Assembly: GCA_034717215.1 (NCBI GenBank)
Contig: JAYELD010000015.1
Location: forward strand, 1 to 49,023
From: Caldisericota bacterium
GTDB taxonomy: Bacteria; Caldisericota; Caldisericia; Caldisericales; Caldisericaceae
Reading direction: 5' to 3'
DNA: 49,023 nt
The notes beneath the pieces were generated by a model. The model searched no databases. It was not told where the DNA came from and was given only the letters and a program-made list of their open reading frames with translations. Below, piece by piece: positions 9,232 to 18,068 of the stretch. A program made the translations under genes and the position numbers. Each line of letters starts with the position of its first letter. Within the stretch, counting starts at the first letter, position 1.

Positions 9232-9953
9232 ATAGTTTACTGCCCATTGCTCTTTTTTTGCTTATATGGGAGCTTGTAGGAAGGCTTCCGGCTGTTCCTA
9301 CATACCTTTTTCCGCCGTTTAGTAGTGTTATTGTTAAACTCTTCACGGTCAAAGGTTTATTGCTTGAAAATATCTTTTTTACTCTATTCCGGGTTGCACT
9401 AGGGTTTGTTATTGGCACAGTAAGTGGTATTACAATTGGCTTATTTGCCGGCATTAACGAAAAGGTAAATCAATTTATGACTCCGATTGTTTCGATTATA
9501 TACCCTATCCCATCTATTGGTTGGATACCCGTGCTTATGATATGGTTTGGCATATCAAACAGTGTGCCAATTATTGCTATTTTTATTTGTTCCTTTTTTC
9601 CTATCTTTCTTAACACAGTAAGAGGCGTAAAGGATATTGATCAAAGTATAATTTATGCGGCAAAAACAATGGGAACTTCAAAAACTTGTCTTATAAGAAA
9701 AATTATTCTACCGCTTGCTCTGCCGAATATTTTTACAGGATTAAAGCTTGAAAGTGGAATGGCTATAAGAACGGGAGTTGTTGCGGAAATGCTAGCAATA
9801 CCGTCTGGTTTAGGATATCTCCTGATGAAAGGAGAATCTTTAATTGATACACAACTTATATTTGTTGTTCTTATTGCAATGGGTATTATCTCTTTTGTTA
9901 CCGATTATATAATACGAAAGGTAGAGGTAAAACTTCTCACATGGAAGGCTTAA
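9216..9953 (+). CDS. ABC transporter permease, SsuC/TauC-type
   Basis: 245 aa with about 6 TM segments. Conserved stretches FRVALGFVIGTVSGITIGL, IPVLMIWFG and the LPLALPNIFTGLKLESGMA EAA-type loop. Confidence 0.85.
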   Translation: MGRKLNSLLPIALFLLIWELVGRLPAVPTYLFPPFSSVIVKLFTVKGLLLENIFFTLFRVALGFVIGTVSGITIGLFAGINEKVNQFMTPIVSIIYPIPSIGWIPVLMIWFGISNSVPIIAIFICSFFPIFLNTVRGVKDIDQSIIYAAKTMGTSKTCLIRKIILPLALPNIFTGLKLESGMAIRTGVVAEMLAIPSGLGYLLMKGESLIDTQLIFVVLIAMGIISFVTDYIIRKVEVKLLTWKA

Positions 9954-10945
9954 AGATAAAGTCAGTTTCAGTAGGTATTCTTAAAAATATTTCATTTATT
10001 CTTGAAAAGGGCAAAGTCGGCGTTTTACTTGGGTCCAATGGTGCTGGCAAAACTACGCTTCTCAATGCAATAAGTGGTATAATACCCGTGAAAAATGGAC
10101 ATATCTACCTCAACGGCAAGGAAATTACACCTGTACCAATCGAAGAAAGAGATATAAGCTATATATTTCAAAATCTGGCATTGTTTCCACATCTTACAGT
10201 CTACGAAAATATTGCGTTTCCTCTACACATTAAGAAGGAAGAAAATATCGACAAGAAGGTGTTAAAGATTTTAAAAAAAGTAGATATTCTTGCGCTCAAA
10301 GATAGATATCCATTAAGACTCAGCGGGGGTGAAAAACAAAAGGTGGCAATTGCTAGGGCCCTTGTAACAAATCCTGAATTACTTTTATTAGATGAACCAT
10401 TTGCAAGTCTTGATTTTGAAATGAGAAAATTTATAAGAGCTGAATTTTTAAAAGTAATCAAGGAATTTTCACTGACAACTCTTATTGTAACACATGATCC
10501 GTATGAAGCAGAAGAACTGGGAAACAATATAATAAAAATAAGACAGGGCAAACTTGTTCACACTGGTAATGACGTAAACAGGATTAAAGTGAGGTCGCTT
10601 AAAAAAGTAACAAAGGATATTGCTCTTGCTGAATTTGATAATTTTTCTCTCATTGTGCCGTTCAGTTCAGAGAAGAGCGATGATTATTACGTAGAATTTT
10701 TGGAAGAGGATCTTTACATTTCTTCATTGAAACCACCAATTCCAACGCTCAATACTCTGCGAGGAAAAATTATTTCTCATAAGGAAAGCGCAGAAAGGGT
10801 GCATGTGAAAATAGACATAAATGAGACAATAATTAAAGGAAATATACCATGGTATATGTGGCATGAGATAGATAAAGATGATGTCTATGTAATTATTAAA
10901 TATAGAGGCACAAAATTGAAAGGAGTGAATAATGGCGGTTTATGA
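9941..10945 (+). CDS. ABC transporter ATP-binding protein with a C-terminal TOBE-like extension
   Basis: Walker A GSNGAGKTT, signature LSGGEKQKVAIARAL, Walker B LLLLDEPFASLD, H-loop VTHD. Roughly 110 extra C-terminal residues (LRGKIISHKESAERVHVKIDINETIIKGNI...VYVIIKYRGTKL) resemble ModC/CysA-type TOBE OB-folds. Confidence 0.8.
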   Translation: MEGLKIKSVSVGILKNISFILEKGKVGVLLGSNGAGKTTLLNAISGIIPVKNGHIYLNGKEITPVPIEERDISYIFQNLALFPHLTVYENIAFPLHIKKEENIDKKVLKILKKVDILALKDRYPLRLSGGEKQKVAIARALVTNPELLLLDEPFASLDFEMRKFIRAEFLKVIKEFSLTTLIVTHDPYEAEELGNNIIKIRQGKLVHTGNDVNRIKVRSLKKVTKDIALAEFDNFSLIVPFSSEKSDDYYVEFLEEDLYISSLKPPIPTLNTLRGKIISHKESAERVHVKIDINETIIKGNIPWYMWHEIDKDDVYVIIKYRGTKLKGVNNGGL

Positions 10946-11657
10946 TATATTAACAATGGAATTTGAAAGAATAGCTAAAGAAAATAATTTGCTGAACGAG
11001 AGTGTCGTAATAAAAGCTGCTCCCCTTACTGCTGAAGAGGCAATAGGGGATCCTACAGATAAGGATTATCCTATAATAAAAGGTCAAGAAAAATTAATGG
11101 AAGCCCATTTTAGAGGCGCAAGAGGGCAAGCATTTACAGACTTTTATGGCAATTTTACAGGAACGATTCAAGATGTATTAGATCTTGATCTACGTACAAA
11201 TTATCAAAGAGCGATATTCGTTTCTACACTTAATGCAATATTGGATTACCTGAAACTGACAGATAAAACAATACATTGTAAAAATGACGAACCACGAGAG
11301 TGTGCCGAAAATGCTGTGGATTTTATAAAAAGAAAATTTGGCAATCCAAAAATTTTTCTTATTGGCTATCAACCTCGTTTTGCAGAAACTTTTTCAAAAC
11401 ATTTCCACTTGAGAATTGTTGATTTAGATAACGAAATGGTTGGAAAGAAGGTAAACGGAGTGCTGATCGAAGTTGAAGAGAGCACCAGTAGAAATATTGA
11501 ATGGGCTGATCTCCTCTGGATAACCGGGACAACTGTTGTAAATAATACAATTGAGCAATTTTTAAATGTAAAAAAGGATAAAGTATTTTACGGGACAACA
11601 ATAGCAGGCGCTGCTTATATCCTTAACCTCAAAAGATTTTGTTCATTAGCAAAATAA
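10932..11657 (+). CDS. DUF364-family Rossmann-like protein (putative heavy-metal chelation domain)
   Basis: The C-terminal half (KIFLIGYQP...ADLLWITGTTVVNNTIEQFL...VFYGTTIAG) matches the DUF364 pattern (aDvviiTGstlvNgT). 14-nt overlap with the ATPase gene. Confidence 0.6.
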   Translation: MAVYDILTMEFERIAKENNLLNESVVIKAAPLTAEEAIGDPTDKDYPIIKGQEKLMEAHFRGARGQAFTDFYGNFTGTIQDVLDLDLRTNYQRAIFVSTLNAILDYLKLTDKTIHCKNDEPRECAENAVDFIKRKFGNPKIFLIGYQPRFAETFSKHFHLRIVDLDNEMVGKKVNGVLIEVEESTSRNIEWADLLWITGTTVVNNTIEQFLNVKKDKVFYGTTIAGAAYILNLKRFCSLAK

Positions 11658-11687
11658 ATTCATAATTTTTTCACAATTTGGTATATA

Positions 11688-13160
11688 ATGAATAATATGG
11701 GAAAAATTAAATTTTTTGATGGTACCGACACAATTGGCGGCACAAAAATACTGTTAGAGATTTCTAAGAAGAGGTTTTTCCTCGATTTTGGTTTGAATTA
11801 TAATAGGCGAGGGATGTTTTTTGAGGAGTATCTGAATCCCCGTCCTGCAAATGGAATGGGGGATCTTTACTTTTTAGGACTTCTTCCTTCCATAAAGGGA
11901 ATATATAGAAAGGATCTTCTACAATTCATTCAACGAGAAGGTATTAAAGAGTTAGGCGATGGCAGTGAGCCTCCATTTGTGGACGGTGTATTTCTTAGCC
12001 ATGTTCATTTTGACCATTCTGGGTACATTACATTTCTTCGTGAAGATATTCCAATTTACACATCAAAAATTACCATTTCTTTATTAAAGGCAATTGAAGA
12101 TACATCTAATACACAGTTTGAAACATCCATTTTTAAGTTTATACGGCGTCCTGCAACCGGAAGCCATAAAGACCCACTTTATTATGGCACACATAAAGCC
12201 AATGCTATTTACGGAGAGGAAAAAATTAATGGAGTTAATGTTACAGCGTGTCCCGTTGATCATTCTGTTCCTGGTGCAATGGGTTTCATTATTAAGAGTG
12301 AGGAGAAAACCATTGTTTATACAGGTGATTTGAGGCTTCATGGCAAAACACGAGCTGACACGGAACAATTTGTTAGACAAGCAAGAGAAGCACATCCCGA
12401 TATATTAATTATCGAGGGCACAAATTTACGCGCTTATAATGATGATGAAACGCGAGAATTCTGGACTGAACAACGCGTTTTTGAAGAAGCACAAAAAGAG
12501 ATTCATAATAGAAAAAAACTTGTTATTGTGGATTTTCCTTTCAAGAATATTTATCGGTTCCTCACTTTTTATGAACTTGCCAAATCAAGTGGGCGGAAGT
12601 TTGTTATTTCTTTAAAAGATGCTTATTTTATGGATGCAATGAAAAATGTTGGTATGCCTGTTCCTTCTCTTTCTGATCCGAATATTTATCTTTACCTTGA
12701 AAAAAAAAGAAGTGGGACTTACGACAAAAAAGATTATTCAAGCAGTTGGATGAAAAATATATTAGGAAAAGTAGATGCAAGCCGGATTATAACAGCAAAA
12801 GAAATTAGGGCAAATGAAAATAATTTTATGCTTATATTGCGTTATTTTAATTTTCAACAACTTGTTGATATACGTCCGACAAACGGCAGTATTTATATTC
12901 ATTCGGCATCTGAGGCGCACTCGGAAGAACAGGAAATTGATGAACAGAGGATGGACAACTGGCTTAAGTATTTTAATCTTTACCCACGAATTCATATTCA
13001 CGCATCAGGTCACGCGAAAAAGGATGATTTATTTAATATAGTATCAGAAATTAATCCAAAGACGATTATTCCCGTTCACACTGAACATGCAGAAGAATAC
13101 GAAGAACAGTTTGGGAATAAAGTAAAAATCGTTAAAAACGGAGATACAATAAAGTTTTAG
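11688..13160 (+). CDS. Metallo-beta-lactamase fold / beta-CASP ribonuclease (RNase J-like)
   Basis: HxHxDH motif (LSHVHFDHSG), N-terminal GTDTIGGTKILLE, and a C-terminal HASGHA...IIPVHTEH beta-CASP-type motif. Confidence 0.6.
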   Translation: MNNMGKIKFFDGTDTIGGTKILLEISKKRFFLDFGLNYNRRGMFFEEYLNPRPANGMGDLYFLGLLPSIKGIYRKDLLQFIQREGIKELGDGSEPPFVDGVFLSHVHFDHSGYITFLREDIPIYTSKITISLLKAIEDTSNTQFETSIFKFIRRPATGSHKDPLYYGTHKANAIYGEEKINGVNVTACPVDHSVPGAMGFIIKSEEKTIVYTGDLRLHGKTRADTEQFVRQAREAHPDILIIEGTNLRAYNDDETREFWTEQRVFEEAQKEIHNRKKLVIVDFPFKNIYRFLTFYELAKSSGRKFVISLKDAYFMDAMKNVGMPVPSLSDPNIYLYLEKKRSGTYDKKDYSSSWMKNILGKVDASRIITAKEIRANENNFMLILRYFNFQQLVDIRPTNGSIYIHSASEAHSEEQEIDEQRMDNWLKYFNLYPRIHIHASGHAKKDDLFNIVSEINPKTIIPVHTEHAEEYEEQFGNKVKIVKNGDTIKF

Positions 13161-13173
13161 GGAGGTAGAAAAT

Positions 13174-14301
13174 ATGGAAGAAATGAGGAGAAGAAACTGG
13201 GTTATAGCGCTCATTATAGGTATTATTATCGGAAGCATTGTTGGCGGCATTTTTGGAACCTACCTTGTGTTTCAGAATCCGACAATCTTTCCATGGGCAC
13301 AGGTTAGTACAACAAATGACCAACAAAAAGAATATATTTTAAGCAGTAATGAAGCCCCATCAATTGAGAATGCTATTGTAAACGTGGTTACTGTAGTTTC
13401 TCCGTCAGTGGTGAGAATTGTGTCTACGAAGGAAGTAATTGATTTTTTCTTTTTGCAGACTACCCCACAACAGGGACTTGGATCTGGTGTTATTATAGAG
13501 TCAGATGGTCTTATATTAACCAACTACCATGTTATAGAGGATGCTGATAAGATTGAGGTAACATTAAGCAGTGGAAAAATATATAAAGGGACAGTGATTG
13601 GAGCAGATCCTATTAGCGATGTTGCATTAGTACAGATTGATGAGAAAAATTTACCTACAGCAAAACTTAGCGATTCAGCAAAGCTTAAAGTAGGACAGTT
13701 CGTTGTAGCAATTGGTAATCCATATGGGTTAGATCATACCGTAACTACAGGAGTGATAAGTGCTCTTGAAAGAAATATTAATATTGGCAGGCAAACAATG
13801 TATGGCATCATTCAAACTGATGCTGCAATTAATCCCGGAAACAGTGGTGGGCCACTAGTAAATCTTGAAGGTGAAGTTGTCGGCATTAATACGCTGATAT
13901 ATAGCCAGGCACAAGGTCTTGGATTTGCAGTATCAACTGATACTTGCAAGAAAGTTATTGATAACATTAAAAAAACCGGCAAAATGGAGTGGCCATACAT
14001 TGGGATAGAGCTTACTACAATGACTGAAGAACTTGCTAACAACGCTAATCTTAAATATGCTCCGGGGATTGTCGTGATTAGAGTAATGCCAGGTAGTCCA
14101 GCAGAAAATGCAGGAATTAAGCAAGGAGATATTATTGTATCAATTGATGGTGTCTCTGTTGATACAACTGATGAGTTTCTAAAAATTGTACGTTCACGCA
14201 ATGCAGGAGATAGCATCATGCTGGAGGTAAAGAGAAAAAATATCAGCGAAGTGATAAAATTAGAGCTCACTCTTTCTGTACAACCACCATTTGCAGAATG
14301 A
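13174..14301 (+). CDS. htrA: HtrA/DegP-family serine protease with one PDZ domain, membrane anchored
   Basis: N-terminal TM helix. Catalytic His (TNYHVI), Asp (SDVALV) and Ser (GNSGGPLVN). C-terminal PDZ (PGSPAENAGIKQGDIIVSIDG). GGAGG SD. Confidence 0.9.
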   Translation: MEEMRRRNWVIALIIGIIIGSIVGGIFGTYLVFQNPTIFPWAQVSTTNDQQKEYILSSNEAPSIENAIVNVVTVVSPSVVRIVSTKEVIDFFFLQTTPQQGLGSGVIIESDGLILTNYHVIEDADKIEVTLSSGKIYKGTVIGADPISDVALVQIDEKNLPTAKLSDSAKLKVGQFVVAIGNPYGLDHTVTTGVISALERNINIGRQTMYGIIQTDAAINPGNSGGPLVNLEGEVVGINTLIYSQAQGLGFAVSTDTCKKVIDNIKKTGKMEWPYIGIELTTMTEELANNANLKYAPGIVVIRVMPGSPAENAGIKQGDIIVSIDGVSVDTTDEFLKIVRSRNAGDSIMLEVKRKNISEVIKLELTLSVQPPFAE

Positions 14302-14348
14302 AGTAGTAGTTAATTGTTTGTAAAAAGGTAAGCACTTCCAAAAAATTT

Positions 14349-16091
14349 TTAAAAGAGCCCTTCTCGCTTTTTAATATACAGTTTTCGTAAAAGATTTGCA
14401 GGAAGCACTCCTGCAAATTGACCCTTTTTGTCTACAACAGCTAAAACATCTGTTTTAAGTTTCTCCATTTGGTGAAGAGCAGTTAAAAGTGAGTCCGATT
14501 CTGGGATAGAAAAATCTTTTACTGTAACAAATTCATCAATTTTTTTGTTATCATCGACACTTAATATATCAATAGTATGCAAGATTCCAACTGGATGTTC
14601 TTCGCCATTTAGAATAGGAATTTTTGCAATTCCTTTCTCTGAGATTATTTTCTTTGCCTGCTTTATATTGTCGCTCAAATATAGATATTCTGCGTCTTTT
14701 ATCATTGCGTTTTTTACTTTAACTGTCGAAAGAACATTAATCTCATGGCCGCTATGTACATGTATTCCACGTCGCATTAGTGGTTCTGAGTACATTGTTT
14801 TTTTATAAAGAAAAGCAACGATAAATCTGCTAGTGATAACGCACAGCATTAATGGAAGGATAATTTCATAGGATCTTGTTAGTTCGTACGCCATCACAAT
14901 AGCCGTAATTACTGCACCGGTAGTTCCTGCAACAACTGCTGCCATGCCTATCAGTGCATAAGCAGCGGGTGGGGCAGTAATGGAAGGGAAAATATTATTA
15001 ACAATAATTCCAAATGCAGCGCCTCCTGCCGTTCCAATGAAAAGGGACGAAGCAAAAATTCCTCCGGATCCTCCGGATCCAAGCGTAAATGATGTCGCAA
15101 TAATTTTTGCAAAAATAAGTGCAAGCAAAATAATGAGTGGAATATTTTCCTGCGTAAGAACACTTGTAATAAATGAATAACCAACGCCGAAAAGATAGTA
15201 GTGTCCCGTCCATTTCATAAAAAACAGACTTAAGATACCTACGATTAGTCCTCCGATGGCAGGCTTAAAATACTTGTTAATTCTTAATCGTTCGAACCAT
15301 ATTTCAAGTTTTGAGAGAGTGTTAGTGAAGATAATGGCTATAAAGCCGCAGAGTATTCCTAAAATTATATACAGAGGAAATTCCCATGAGGAAGCTAAGG
15401 TATAGCCTGGCACAATAAATGCTGGCTCAGTCCCTAAAAAGACTCTTGCAATGTTTGTTGCCACTATTGACGAAATTGCAAGGGGAATAAAGGTTTCAGT
15501 ACTAAACTCTGGCAGTATTAATTCAATTGTAAATAGTATGCCTGCAATAGGGGCATTAAAGGTAGCAGCTATACCTCCGCCTGCACCGGCTCCTACAAGA
15601 ATAATTATATCTCTTGGTTTAAGATGGAATAATTGGCCCAGTGTAGAGCCAAAGCTTGCTCCAATTTGAACAATAGGGCCTTCTCTACCAGCAGAACCTC
15701 CGGAACCTATGCCTATTGCGGTTGCTAGGATTTTTATCAAAGAAACAATAGGTCTTATTTTACCTTCTCTCATAATTACTGCTTCCATAACTTCAGGAAC
15801 ACCATGTCCTTTTACTTCTGGCGAAAACCGCTGTATAAGATACCCGACAATTATCCCACCAATTACCGGTATTATTATTACGTAATTTCCAAACCGGGAA
15901 ACAAAATGCAAATTAGAATCATAAGCTAGTGACAAAGTTCCATTAAAGAACAAATTATGAAAGAACGCAATAAGAGTTCTAAATACAACTGCACCCAGAC
16001 CAGATATTATCCCTACAAGTGCAGAATAAAAAGATATCTTAATAAAATGTTTTGTTTTCTTTTCCTTTGCTCGCATAAAAATTTTTTCCAT
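14349..16091 (-). CDS. ClC-family chloride channel/antiporter with C-terminal CBS pair
   Basis: Selectivity motifs GSGGSAGREGP and GGSGGIFASS, with a CBS-domain tail. Start set at the first ATG (16091, AGGAA upstream), because the ORF-track start at 16118 is a TTG abutting the aor terminator. Confidence 0.85.
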   Translation of the reverse strand: MEKIFMRAKEKKTKHFIKISFYSALVGIISGLGAVVFRTLIAFFHNLFFNGTLSLAYDSNLHFVSRFGNYVIIIPVIGGIIVGYLIQRFSPEVKGHGVPEVMEAVIMREGKIRPIVSLIKILATAIGIGSGGSAGREGPIVQIGASFGSTLGQLFHLKPRDIIILVGAGAGGGIAATFNAPIAGILFTIELILPEFSTETFIPLAISSIVATNIARVFLGTEPAFIVPGYTLASSWEFPLYIILGILCGFIAIIFTNTLSKLEIWFERLRINKYFKPAIGGLIVGILSLFFMKWTGHYYLFGVGYSFITSVLTQENIPLIILLALIFAKIIATSFTLGSGGSGGIFASSLFIGTAGGAAFGIIVNNIFPSITAPPAAYALIGMAAVVAGTTGAVITAIVMAYELTRSYEIILPLMLCVITSRFIVAFLYKKTMYSEPLMRRGIHVHSGHEINVLSTVKVKNAMIKDAEYLYLSDNIKQAKKIISEKGIAKIPILNGEEHPVGILHTIDILSVDDNKKIDEFVTVKDFSIPESDSLLTALHQMEKLKTDVLAVVDKKGQFAGVLPANLLRKLYIKKREGLF

Positions 16092-16127
16092 TTTATTTAT
16101 TCCTATTGAAGGGTACAAAAAATATTG

Positions 16128-16166
16128 AAAAGCTAAAGGAGTTCAATTTGGGCTCCTTTAGCTTTT
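16128..16166 (-). terminator. Rho-independent terminator after aor
   Basis: 14-bp stem AAAAGCTAAAGGAG / CTCCTTTAGCTTTT with an 11-nt loop. On the minus strand it is followed by CAATATTTTTTG. Confidence 0.6.
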
Positions 16167-16175
16167 TGGTTAAGA

Positions 16176-18059
16176 TTATATTGAAGCCCCGGAATCTACT
16201 TCACTGTCTAATCCCAACTTAAATAAACACATCTTAGTGGGTATTCCATTCTTTGACCATCCTCTTACGAGGTAATATTCATCAAGCATGTCTTGAAGTT
16301 CCTTTTCTGTCACATAGTTTCCTTTAGATATTCCGTTTTTAATTGGTTCGTGCGTGACACGGTAAGGAAGAGAATCGTCATTTCGAGTTAGCCCTTCTCT
16401 AACGTTAATAAGTTTTTCGAGATTATAAATCCTTTCGCCGATCGTCATTAATTGGTTTACATCATAATCAATTCCAGTTACAGCCTTTAATCCATCCAGC
16501 GTGCCTTCAAGCCAGAAAAGACCGCGAGAAAATTTACACATGCCAAGCGTATCATAAACAGACATAAAATCTTCTCCTGTTTTTACTTCATATCCCTTCC
16601 ATTCTGTCGAGAGTCTATCAACATTAGTTAATTTCCAGAAACTTCCCGTTAGCTCAGGGACATAAATACCACCGGTAAGGTGACAGGCACCTCTCACAGA
16701 TACAGCTATTGCAAGCGCCATTCCTTTCAGTCCTCTAACATCGTATCCAGGAGGTTCCAACCCTTTGATTTCAAGAGCGAACTTTTCAGAACCTTTCCCC
16801 AATTTTTTTGTTGCCCTTTTTACTCCATCTCCGAGTAATTCTCCGAGTTTCCCCTCTTTTGAGACCAGCTTTTCCATTGCCTGAATAGCTGCGTCTTCAT
16901 TGCCAAAATATAAATCAATGCCGTCCGTATCGTTTTTTGTGAGAATGCCTTTTTCGAATGCTTCCATTGCCCAACCTAATGTAACGCCTGCAGATATACC
17001 GTCTATTCCGGCCCTATCACATATTTCATTGAGTTTTGCGGTAACTTCTATTCTATCTATTCCTAATTCACTGCCTAGAGCATAGAGTAACTCATATTCT
17101 ATTCCTTCGACGCGTGTGCCTGCATATTTACCTTCTTTAATCACAAAGAATCTGCCACATGGCTTCGTGCAATTTGGACATGGATGAAGTTTTTCGGTAT
17201 ATTTTGGGGACCAGTAGTAAGGGTCGAGAGGCGATTTCTCATTTTTATGTTTTTCGAAGCTTTCTTCAAAGATGCTTTCTTGCCAGTTTTTTACAGGAAA
17301 GACACCTCGTTCTTTATTAACCCATTCGTAGAACTCTCCCGAGCCATATGCCATATCCAGTTTTTGTGTTTCCGAGCCGTTGATTTTTTTATTCCAGTTT
17401 GCAATTGCTGTTTTAAGTAAATCTTTATCTGCACAGCCCACATTACCAGTTCCTTTTACTGCAATTGCTTTGAGTAATTTACTTCCCATCACTGCACCGC
17501 CACCGGCTCGCGCTGATTGCCTTTCCTCAAAATCAATACCTGCAAGGAGTGAAAGTTTTTCTCCGGCAGGCCCTATTGCCCCGGTTCTAAAATCTTTGCC
17601 AAGTTTTTCTCTTAGAAAAATTTGTGTTTCTATCGCATCTTTGCCCCATAAATCAGCTGCATCCCTTATTTCTACATTTCCATCTTCTATACAAAGATAT
17701 ACAGGTCTGTTGCTTTTTCCTTTAATCATCATTCCGTCAAATCCGGCTTTTTTAAGTGCAATGCCAAGATAGGCTCCGGCAACACTTCTTCCGAATGCAT
17801 TGGTTGCCGGTGACTTAAATGTAATTGTAGTTTTTGATGCAGTTGAAAGTCCGGTGCCTACTAGCAACCCTGGAACAATAATGAGTGGATTTTCTGGAGA
17901 TAGCGGATCTGTTCCAGGCGCAAGATAATCATAGAGTAATCTTGATGCAATTCCTAAACCACCCAAATACTTTGTGTAAATTTCTTCTGAAAGCAGTATA
18001 GTTGTACTTTTTCCATTGGTTAAGTCAACGAAGAGTATTTTTCCTGTGATTCCTTTCAT
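16176..18059 (-). CDS. aor: Aldehyde:ferredoxin oxidoreductase (tungstopterin AOR family)
   Basis: 627 aa. N-terminus GKILFVDLTNGK...YLGGLGIASRLLY, the 4Fe-4S Cys motif CPNCTKPCGR plus a later MCKF. GGAGG SD. Begins 9 nt after the preceding M42 gene. Confidence 0.9.
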   Translation of the reverse strand: MKGITGKILFVDLTNGKSTTILLSEEIYTKYLGGLGIASRLLYDYLAPGTDPLSPENPLIIVPGLLVGTGLSTASKTTITFKSPATNAFGRSVAGAYLGIALKKAGFDGMMIKGKSNRPVYLCIEDGNVEIRDAADLWGKDAIETQIFLREKLGKDFRTGAIGPAGEKLSLLAGIDFEERQSARAGGGAVMGSKLLKAIAVKGTGNVGCADKDLLKTAIANWNKKINGSETQKLDMAYGSGEFYEWVNKERGVFPVKNWQESIFEESFEKHKNEKSPLDPYYWSPKYTEKLHPCPNCTKPCGRFFVIKEGKYAGTRVEGIEYELLYALGSELGIDRIEVTAKLNEICDRAGIDGISAGVTLGWAMEAFEKGILTKNDTDGIDLYFGNEDAAIQAMEKLVSKEGKLGELLGDGVKRATKKLGKGSEKFALEIKGLEPPGYDVRGLKGMALAIAVSVRGACHLTGGIYVPELTGSFWKLTNVDRLSTEWKGYEVKTGEDFMSVYDTLGMCKFSRGLFWLEGTLDGLKAVTGIDYDVNQLMTIGERIYNLEKLINVREGLTRNDDSLPYRVTHEPIKNGISKGNYVTEKELQDMLDEYYLVRGWSKNGIPTKMCLFKLGLDSEVDSGASI

Positions 18060-18068
18060 TGGTACCTC

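Noticed and set aside
15040-15080. Tandem CCTCCGGAT CCTCCGGAT repeat
   Set aside because: It lies inside the ClC gene and simply encodes (on the minus strand) the conserved GSGGSGG selectivity-filter segment. It is not a repeat element.
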